Below, in pieces: positions 10,620 through 19,290 of a stretch of DNA of 64,000 nucleotides (position 1 is the first letter of the stretch; every line of letters starts with the position of its first letter). Where the stretch lies: assembly GCA_043228905.1 (NCBI GenBank), contig JBHGNT010000014.1:5270001-5334000 (forward strand), written 5' to 3'. The notes below the pieces were generated by a model that saw only the letters and a program-made list of their open reading frames with translations, did no database searches and was not told the DNA's origin. The stretch comes from Azolla caroliniana (lineage: Eukaryota > Plantae > Polypodiophyta). Made by a program: the position numbers and the translations under genes.

Positions 10620-13400
10620 TTACGGAGAATCACTACTATAACTAATATACAATGACGATTCCTCCTCATCATCCTCGGATGTACCAATCAGTGCATTATC
10701 TTCGTCATAAACCAAATGGTTTGACTCTAGATTATATGTAGCAGATCTCGTTTGCCTTTGACTCGAGCCACCTTGTAGACCTGGTAATTTTTCTTTTATT
10801 ATATCTATTGTTGACTTCCTTAATCGTCCGGCTTTTGTAAGTGTGAAGTCGTACACGATGATATCCACATCAGAGATATCAAGGGTCGAGGTGTTACGAA
10901 TGTTTCGCTTCCTCTTCATACCTCCCCTTCTTGTTTGGCATTCAATCATCTCCAATGTATACTTACCTGTAAAAGCATTTGCACTTCTAGTGTTGTACCA
11001 ATGAACATTTATAGACTTGATCGTGTTTTCTATTTCATGCATTAGCACTTCTAGAATTTTACCAACCCAAAATTGGTGGCCATGTGAGTTCTCATCAGCC
11101 GGCGTTGCAATCAACATCCCCGCGGTGAGCTCTTGCAAATTTCCTTGCCATCTAGCTTCGGCTGCTTTGGTCATCCTTGGTCCCACATAAATGTCTCTTT
11201 GTTGTGGATGGACCAAGCTGTCATTAATCGCATTTACTAGTCGCTCCGGACTTCTATTTACGCGATCATGTTGCAGCGACCATGTGAATGGCGTTTCCAA
11301 ATTCCAATTATCAACAGATACACAATTGTCTATAATTTCTTTCTGATCACTATAAAATACATCCCACCATGACGTGTCTTGTTGTGCGGCATATTTCTTG
11401 GCGGCCTCAATATGTTTTCTTTTTTCTTCTAAGGCTTGGAGCCATGACCGTTTTTGTTCTAATACCAAGTCGCTCTGCAACTGTCCTTTCTTCTCAATTG
11501 GCATTTGCTTAGCTCCATGGACAATTGTACTCGGCATACAAAGTAATAACTGGCAACCACCTTCAGGTTCCCATGTTGTAGAAGATGAATATTGTTTAGC
11601 ATACAAAAGTGTAGAACCACTTATTCCATTTTTCTTTATCAAAAAAATGTGATTGAAACTTATATTGTTTAACTGAGCAAGCACTTTAACATTCCCACCA
11701 CCCCCATCTAATATATATCTCTTAAAGTCATATACCTCCTTCAAGTGTAACACTTTTGGGCGTGGTGTATATGCATCACAAATGACATCAAATAGTTTAG
11801 GTAAAGTGAAAGCATCATGCCGAGACAACTGTCTGGAGAATGTGCTAAACATCTGATCTATATGGTCATGTGTGTGGCCAACCAAAAGGAAATTGACTTT
11901 CACTTTCCTAAACAATTCTAGGTTGACCAACATACTTAGATAGCCAAATACAGTTGAATTTTTGTTCTCTCTAGCAGTATTGTCCAATTGAATGTATAGA
12001 ACAGGGGGGAAAGGTTGTCCCCAAGACATCAAAACTCGGTGAATCACTGTAACTGTTAGGTTAGGGTCATTGTGAACATTGGGGTAAGTAATGAAGACGT
12101 GAGGTCGAACAGACCTATTATAAGCCAAGCATCCCACCAAGTGCATTTGAACAAGGCACTCATCATTGACATCTTTGGGGAGCCTCCGCATATGCGGCAA
12201 GCATGTCTTCTTCTGGTCCATGCCATCTATCATTAAGCACATGTATTGTTCAGGCCTCTTCAAACACTTCTCTCTATGATGCATCGCCTTCCTTCGTTCT
12301 AAGGATTGTGCCTCACGATGCTCTTGTAGTAACTTCTTACTCGTATCCTTTTCCATTGATGTCTTTGCACCTTTAGCCAAACTTTTAAGATTTGCACAAA
12401 TGGAGCAATAACCCATACGTACTTTACGAGGAATAATAACATTTGAAAACCGAGCTCTCCATAATCTTGTGAATTGGCTATAGGTGATAGACTTATTACG
12501 TGAGCCCAGCATTTCAGATCGATAGACATCATAAACTTCCCGACGGGTATAATTATCAGAAAGATGCATCCTACCTGTAGTGGGCATTACTTCACAATTT
12601 AACTGAAAGTAAGTTTTCATCCAGCCAATAGCTAGTCTTCCAATTGCACCTTTCATACTTGGAACCTCTTTACAATTGAGCATCTGATCCCCGCTAAGTA
12701 GACGTTGTTGTACTCTATGTAGCCGCATGTTACTAACACATAACACAATTTTGAATGCAACTCTACATATCTGTTGCGCATGGAAGATATAATACTCGAA
12801 TGATACTTTGATCCCCGTACATTTGTCAGATACTAGTTGCATATGTGATCCGAGGTAAGTGTCTTGCTCATCACCGGTCATCGAAAAATAGTATCGCCTT
12901 AATTCTCGCAACTTTGATTTTCCAATCATAGACATACAACCACGGGCACAACATATTTTGTTGACATCAAATCCAATCTGTTTATCTGATGTCACCAAGC
13001 TAAATCTAGCCAGACGAATTCTTCGTGGGATTCTTCTAATATGCATAGGGCTCCCAGATTTCTCTTCCTGCATAGAGGTTGGTGTAACCTTGTTACAGTC
13101 TAATTCTCTGTTCTGACCATCGCCAATGTTATTCAATGTTTCCTGGGCACTTCCTTCATTCTCGGTATCTTTATTAATATCGTATTCTTCAATAGAGAAC
13201 TCTTCACATGTGTCATTATTTACATTCCCTGTAGATGAGCTCAGACAATATTCTTCGATAGAATATGGTGAGTCGGTCGAAAGACAATATTCTTCAATCG
13301 AATATGGTGACTCTGTTGACAAACAATACTCTTCAGTAGAAAACGATGGGTCTGATGACAAACAATATTCTTCAATCGAGAACGGTGAATCTTCACTCAT
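10620..13400 (-). CDS. Sola1-like DDD transposase, 926 aa, uninterrupted
   Basis: Motifs CSIC followed by a helical His segment, LMIDGMDQ, YIQLDNTARENKN and FLLVGHTHDHIDQMFS match the DN..(E/Q)NKN and GH(T/S)...D pattern of Sola1-type RNase H-fold transposases; lies inside the TIRs. Confidence 0.85.
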   Translation of the reverse strand: MSEDSPFSIEEYCLSSDPSFSTEEYCLSTESPYSIEEYCLSTDSPYSIEEYCLSSSTGNVNNDTCEEFSIEEYDINKDTENEGSAQETLNNIGDGQNRELDCNKVTPTSMQEEKSGSPMHIRRIPRRIRLARFSLVTSDKQIGFDVNKICCARGCMSMIGKSKLRELRRYYFSMTGDEQDTYLGSHMQLVSDKCTGIKVSFEYYIFHAQQICRVAFKIVLCVSNMRLHRVQQRLLSGDQMLNCKEVPSMKGAIGRLAIGWMKTYFQLNCEVMPTTGRMHLSDNYTRREVYDVYRSEMLGSRNKSITYSQFTRLWRARFSNVIIPRKVRMGYCSICANLKSLAKGAKTSMEKDTSKKLLQEHREAQSLERRKAMHHREKCLKRPEQYMCLMIDGMDQKKTCLPHMRRLPKDVNDECLVQMHLVGCLAYNRSVRPHVFITYPNVHNDPNLTVTVIHRVLMSWGQPFPPVLYIQLDNTARENKNSTVFGYLSMLVNLELFRKVKVNFLLVGHTHDHIDQMFSTFSRQLSRHDAFTLPKLFDVICDAYTPRPKVLHLKEVYDFKRYILDGGGGNVKVLAQLNNISFNHIFLIKKNGISGSTLLYAKQYSSSTTWEPEGGCQLLLCMPSTIVHGAKQMPIEKKGQLQSDLVLEQKRSWLQALEEKRKHIEAAKKYAAQQDTSWWDVFYSDQKEIIDNCVSVDNWNLETPFTWSLQHDRVNRSPERLVNAINDSLVHPQQRDIYVGPRMTKAAEARWQGNLQELTAGMLIATPADENSHGHQFWVGKILEVLMHEIENTIKSINVHWYNTRSANAFTGKYTLEMIECQTRRGGMKRKRNIRNTSTLDISDVDIIVYDFTLTKAGRLRKSTIDIIKEKLPGLQGGSSQRQTRSATYNLESNHLVYDEDNALIGTSEDDEEESSLYISYSSDSP

Positions 13401-14066
13401 GGCTTAAGGTCTAGATAGGGCTCTCTAAGTTATACTCCTCTCTAACCGTATACTCCTCCCTAAACATAAACTTCTCTCTAAACAAAAGCCAAATCAATAG
13501 AATGTCTATATTATGTAATATTCTATTAATACAATACATCTAAAAATTATTTTTAATAAAGTAATTTAACTTAAATTATCAATCATTATATAAACTAGAT
13601 CTAAATGATGTTAAATCAAGTAAAATATAAAACTAATCATTAACAAGCCTTGAATATGTTGGATTAATGTTAAAATCATTGGCTAATTAATGACACCCAT
13701 TTTGATATAGAACGCTCATTGGTTCTTTAATGCTCACCATTTTAAATATTAGACTTATCAATCATTGGTTAATTCATGCCCACATCTTTAATACATAACA
13801 TTTGAGAGTCATAAAAATTGTTGCTTTTAGTAATCAATCATTGGTACATTCATGAACCTCTATCATTGTCTCCTTCATAACCTTTGAAGTGATTGTAGGT
13901 TGTTATGAGTATAAAAGATTGATCAATATGTTAGTTTGACTTTGTAATCATTAATACAATCATAAGTTACTATAGTTAATGTGACTATGGTTACAAACTA
14001 ACTATCCTCAAAGTTACCAACATTGGTTAAGGTGACTATGGTTACTTTAACCATGGGTTCAATCCC

Positions 14067-14074
14067 TATAAATA
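14067..14074 (+). promoter_or_regulatory. Putative TATA box of the methyltransferase gene
   Basis: TATAAATA about 150 bp upstream of ATG 14218, at the end of the AT-rich divergent intergenic region. Confidence 0.5.
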
Positions 14075-14100
14075 GGAAGACCTCATCATATTTCACTCAC

Positions 14101-14178
14101 CAGAGCGTACAGAGCGTACAGAGCACACAGAACGCAGAGAGCACACAGAGCACACAAAGCACTCAGAGCACAAAGCAC
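14101..14178 (+). repeat. 9-bp tandem repeat (CAGAGCACA-like) in the putative 5' UTR
   Basis: CAGAGCGTA, CAGAGCGTA, CAGAGCACA, CAGAACGCA and further copies, about 8 units. Confidence 0.8.
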
Positions 14179-14217
14179 GAAAGCGCGATCTCCGCCTCCA
14201 CTTCAACACGATCAACC

Positions 14218-17200
14218 ATGTCTTCCAAGAGAATCGAGCGCGAGGAGTCCAGGTAGGCCTCTGACACTGTGGACATTTTTGTAAATATGTTTCGTTTCTC
14301 AAGAACTCGATACGGCGTATCGAGTTCATGTATACAATACAAATATTTATACACGAACTCGATACGGCGTATCGAGTTCGTGTATAAATATTTGTATTGT
14401 ATACATGAACTCGATACGCCGTATCGAGTTCATGTTTAAAGTGTAGGTTTTAAACACGAACTCGATACGCCGTATCGAGTTCGTGTTTAAAACCTACACT
14501 TTAAACACGAACTCAACACGAACTCGATACGGCGTATCGAGTTCGTGTTTAAAACCTACACTTTAAACACAAACTCGATACGGCGTATCGAGTTCGTGTT
14601 TAAAGTGTAGCCTTTGAGAGAGAAAAATCGTTTACGGGGTGGAAATGATATCAAATTGTCTGGCAAAATCAGTCTTTGTTATGTTGACTTTACTTACTTT
14701 TAAACAAATACATGCTCTAATTATAGGTGTTTTATGACCTACTTTAGCTTAAAATAGTAGAAAATGATCTACAAATTGCCTTCACTATGGCAAATTCTCC
14801 TCAATATAGGTTTAGAATCTATATAAGTCATACCTACTATTTAAAAGAATATATAACCCGTTTTACTTATTACGATATATATTTTCTAGGTTGAATAGCC
14901 CTGCCTATAATAGATTTTTGAATATGTTACTGCTCCTGGAAACTGTTCTTCATTATAATAACAACTTCAATCTACGTGACTGTCTAACTTATGTTTTTGC
15001 ATATACTTTCTTAAATAGGTCGTTTGAGAACCTGTTAGACCGACCCGTGAAGAAAATTAAGCTTCGCATACAAGGTTCTCCAATCGAAGCCCAGACCAAG
15101 GTAACTCCGGAGACCATGAAGATAGGAAAAAAGCTTCTCTTTAACGAAGAGACAAAATCTCAGCCACATAGTGATGTAAGCCAAAAGAAACTTGTCGCCG
15201 CTACTGGAGGCGAAGACCTTCCTGACCGAGATCTAACGGACAAGGAATGGTGTATGCAATATGTCGACTCAAAGAAAAAAGTCGTATTGTATACAACAAA
15301 GAAGAAGGGTGAGGGGCAGCTAGGAAAAGAAACTCCATTTATGTATGGCCGAATTCTACGATTTGACTACGAAGATGCAGATTCGGCCAACATACTGGTA
15401 ATGATAGAGTGCTCCAAGGGGGTACGCAAAGTGTTCCTTTCAGAAGACCTTTTAGTAAAGGAATCTTGTGGGCCTGAAGTGTTCAAAAAAGCACTTGATA
15501 ACTCACAAAACCTGATTGTTACCTTGAGGCCTTATATACAAGGCCATGTAACTCTAAGAGATGAAGAGCCCTCCCACTTGAAGGCCACTAAAAAGGTATC
15601 CAAAGTCCAGTCAAGACCAGCCAAGAAGAAGACAACGAAAATGTCGGATACGGATTCGACAAGTGAAAATGAAGAAGAGGATAATAAGGGGACGCCAGGA
15701 GCCGAGCTGGCCTCGGGTGTCTTGTCATCCGAGCAGAATAAAATAAGGAGAGAGTTAATGCAACGGAAGCTGGTCAGGAAAGGGCAAGTATTTAATTTGC
15801 CTATAACACACATCCATCGGCCCCCTATTGATGAAAAAACAGGTCGAAGACCACTTGAGATTAGAGAGCCTCATCGCATGCATGTTCAAAATCTCAAGAA
15901 AAAAATGAAAATTAATCCTCATGCCACAGTGGTGCCTTTTATTGTTATGGTGGATCCTGAAGAATGTGAAACCATTGAAGATTTTGATATCAGAAAGCAT
16001 GATCAATATAATTATTTTGTCATTGGTGGATCGCATTCAGCAGAGGCACGTCGGCAACTTGTGAGAGAACATCCAACCACTTTCTTCTTCAAGTATGCCG
16101 AGTGCAAAATTTATGTTGGGCTCACAACCGAAGAGGCTAAGCTGTTGGCATGGGACCATAATAATGATAATGACTATAGGCAGAAAATGTCGTCTATTGA
16201 GCGTATACGGTTCTTCCACCACGAGTATTTAGATGTGAAACAAAAGTTTGGTGTGAAGTTACATCCAGGCCTTCGACGTCAATGTCTGCATGAAGTCGGC
16301 ATTGTGGTAGATGATAATGTTAGGTCCGATGGTCTTCGAAAGTATGAATCTTGGTTTCAATTGGCGTTTAGAGATGGAGAAGTATGGGACCTCCAAGATC
16401 AAATATTCTCAATGTGGGAGAATAAGGAGGTAAAGGGTCAACGACAAAAGAAATGTAGGGTTGACCCTCAACTAGAATTAAAGTCACAAGCCGCCAAGAA
16501 AATTGACTTGACAATTGAAGAAGCGGCAGGCGACATGAAGCTGTCTCTATGGAGAGCGATGCAAGGTATTAAGGACGAGCAGCTTCTTGTGTCGGTTTTG
16601 TCAAGGGTTGTGGCGAAAGATTTAAGCCTTGAAGAAATGGTCACTGAGTTCAATAAGTAAGTCTTTCAAATACTGAAATTGTAGTCTATCTGGTGTAATT
16701 CAAAGTTCTAATCTTGATTTCTAATTTTACAGTCATAAGGTGTACATGAAGATCCAAGAAGTAATGATGAAACAACTTGGATGTATAACTTGGGAACAAG
16801 TGACCGAGGATTATCCTCTAACGTCTTCGTATAAGGCGTTATCAGAGTATTTTATTGCATTCAAGGATTGGGTTAGTATTGATGTTTTTTCATTACCCTT
16901 TCATCATATGTAGAGCTTGTATAATAATACCTGATGTCCTATTGCTTCTATTAGAAACCGTGTCGAGGCAAGAAACAAGGAGAAGTTAAGGATATACACG
17001 ATTTCCCTACATCCTTCCTTGCACATCTCGAGCGAGCCAGAAAAGAAAAGGATCGTCGCTTAGTCAAGGCGTACGAAATGGAGGAAGATGGCTCGTTTAA
17101 AAAATTTAGCCACAAAAAAGATATTACGAGAGATCTTTACTACAATGTGGTTTGCGGTGATGTCATCGACTTGATCCAGAAGGTGCCAAAGAAGGAATAT

Positions 17201-18243
17201 ACGCTAATGATTGCGGATATTCCTTACGGATTTCGAATGGCTGGGTCATCATACGACGATGAACCGTTTAGGTTTAAACAATTGGAGAAGATGGTCAAGG
17301 ATTTCGCTGAGCTAACGACCGCATCCTTGTGGCGAATAGTTGTCTTTCATAGTATGGACCAAGGGTACTCGGTAGCTCAAGCTTTGAGATCTCGTTGCCA
17401 TGGCATCGAGAACCTTGCATGGTAAGGATTATTTATAGGTGTCTTTCATTATATTGCAATTCTTAAGGTTGTTGAATCTATTCTTAACTCGATGAATTAT
17501 TTTTTATAGGATCAAGACCAATGTAAATAGAGGGCCAACTTTTCGGTTCGTTAATGCCATTGAATACATAACAGTTGGCTACTTCGATGAAATTAAAAAA
17601 TAGAGAATCAAAGAGCATTCTAATGAAGTGGGAGGTTCAAATCTGTTGGTATATCCAGCAGTGACTCGGAAATTGCGACATGTCACCACGACAGAACGGG
17701 GACTTGTCAACCCATACCAAAAACCTCAACGACTTATGATGCACTTGATCGAGATGTTTTCTGTCGAAGGAGACTGGATATTAGATCTCTTTTCTGGCAC
17801 AGGTATTCCTCGAACTAGGGTAACGATCTTGAGATAACCAATCACTTTTTTTCGTTTGACAACTAAATCTTCTTGTTACTTACATCATAGGAACTACGTC
17901 AGCATGTGCATTGAAGCTGTTTAGAAATACAGTTGCATTGGAGAAGGACGAGGACCAAGTTATATTTATTAATATGCGGATTAAGGCTTTGTGGGAGTGC
18001 CCAGACCAGGATGAGGAGGTCGGTGCAAAGAACCTCGCCAATACAGAAAGGTTTCAACCTGCTTCGCGAGAGCCTATTCCTCCGTTAGCCGGCGAACCGG
18101 GGGAGCTAATAGAGCTTGATGATGAGCTTATAGAAGATATTTTGTTGGCTCGGCTAACAGGGGAAACCAATGCACGTATAGCCGAAGACAGTTCTACACA
18201 AGATGATGAAGAAAATGACGTTGATGAATTGATTGCTATGTAA
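14218..18243 (+). CDS. ParB/Srx-like domain fused to a beta-class N6-adenine/N4-cytosine DNA methyltransferase; 6 exons, about 974 aa; one in-frame TAG at 17601-17603
   Basis: Exons 14218-14252, 15019-16656, 16733-16871, 16955-17421, 17510-17802 and 17891-18243. All introns are GT-AG and phase-compatible (2925 nt total). ParB-like YFVIGGSHSAEARRQL...AKLLAWDHN; methyltransferase motif IV LMIADIPY, then WIKTN...EYITVG, NPYQKPQRLM, motif I WILDLFSGTGTT and NTVALEKD. An alternative in-phase acceptor exists at 14890. Confidence 0.85.
14303..14595. repeat. Array of six 25-bp palindromes GAACTCGATACG(G/C)CGTATCGAGTTC in intron 1
   Basis: Copies start at 14303, 14355, 14407, 14458, 14520 and 14571. 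Adjacent 26-27-bp spacers are reverse complements of one another. Confidence 0.95.
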
Positions 18244-18663
18244 TAGACTCTATAAAGAATATGACACTGACGATTTGTTAAGATCTCACATTATTAATAC
18301 AAATTTTGGGTTTTACCTAGTTGATTCTATTCTTTATAATCATCTATATGTTTCAATTTTATTTTTATATACTTGATTAGTAGATTTATGATATTGGTTT
18401 CACCGCGTGCATAGCTGACTACCAAACTTATGGAGAAACATGAACTAGATTAAATGGAGGCTGATTTTGGTCCAAGCTAACCTTAACAGAACATGGCCCT
18501 ATAATTATTGCCATGACTGTCCATGTTGTTATTATGGATCTTTGTCTTATATTGTTAAAACTATTATGTTTCTATTCCATTGCTGCTTAGATTGTGTAGT
18601 GTGTTGATAATGGTTCCAGTTGCGTTATCGTTCGGAGTTTGATCTTGTGTGAATCACCTAAGC

Positions 18664-18910
18664 AATAGAGTAGATCAATTTTAAATACAGGTATGAAAGC
18701 CTAATAGGTTTGTTATTTCCACGACATTATCCTAAAGTTCACTGCCTTACATTGTGCACAATTATATACACATATGGTTTGATCCCATATGAACAAACTG
18801 AGGAATAGATTAGATCAACTTTTAATATAAGTATTGAATACTTTAATAAGTTAGTTATTCCAATCACTTATCCTAATGTGCACTATCCTACATTTTCGAC
18901 AATTACATAC
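18664..18910. repeat. Degenerate about 140-bp subterminal tandem duplication in the transposon
   Basis: AATAGA.TAGATCAA...TTATCCTAA...ACAATTA at 18664 and 18804; equivalents occur in copy 2 (about 43060-43160 and 49540-49640). Confidence 0.6.
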
Positions 18911-19254
18911 ATGCACGTATGGGTCAAAGTATAAATTATATCTCATTTTATTAGTATGGATACAAGTACACCTCATATTTTTGTAAAACCTACCTAATTA
19001 ATATAAGTCTTTAAGTTAGTGTTTCCCTTGTCGCACAATAGTGCCATATTGAGCCATAGTTGAACTTTATTTAGATACATTAACTTATCAACATGTCTAA
19101 ACTTGCATGATTTCTAATGATCTCCACTCGTAGATCTATCATGTATTTTTATATTTGCAAATTCTTATCAAGTTGAGGAACATGTGATACTAGTGCATCC
19201 AATTATTGTAGAGAGGGTGTATTTTCTTCGTTTTAAGAAGATTCTACAAGTGGA

Positions 19255-19290
19255 ATGCGCAATCCTTCCACTTGTGAACGCGAACGTGTT
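19255..19290 (-). repeat. Right TIR
   Basis: Reverse complement of 10262-10297 with 2 mismatches. Confidence 0.9.

Larger units (their letters stand above)
10262..19290. mobile_element. Complete 9029-bp TIR DNA transposon (Sola1-like) carrying a transposase and a ParB-like/DNA methyltransferase gene
   Basis: 36-bp TIRs at 10262-10297 and 19255-19290 (34/36 match); TTAA on both sides (10258-10261 and 19291-19294); two divergent genes; a second copy starts at 42679. Confidence 0.9.

Noticed and set aside
14303-14595. CRISPR array (regularly spaced palindromic repeats)
   Set aside because: Spacers are not unique; they are copies or reverse complements of each other. There are no cas genes and the context is a eukaryotic intron.
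14891-15018. N-terminus of the 589-aa ORF as given in the ORF track
   Set aside because: It has a TTG start and is AT-rich, with a branch-point-like CTAAC and an in-phase AG at 15017-15018, so it is more likely intron. An alternative acceptor at 14890 remains possible.
14218-18243. Bacterial or phage contamination, or a restriction-modification locus
   Set aside because: The gene has five GT-AG introns, four of them conserved in a second copy, lies inside TIRs and is nested in plant retroelements. No endonuclease partner is present.
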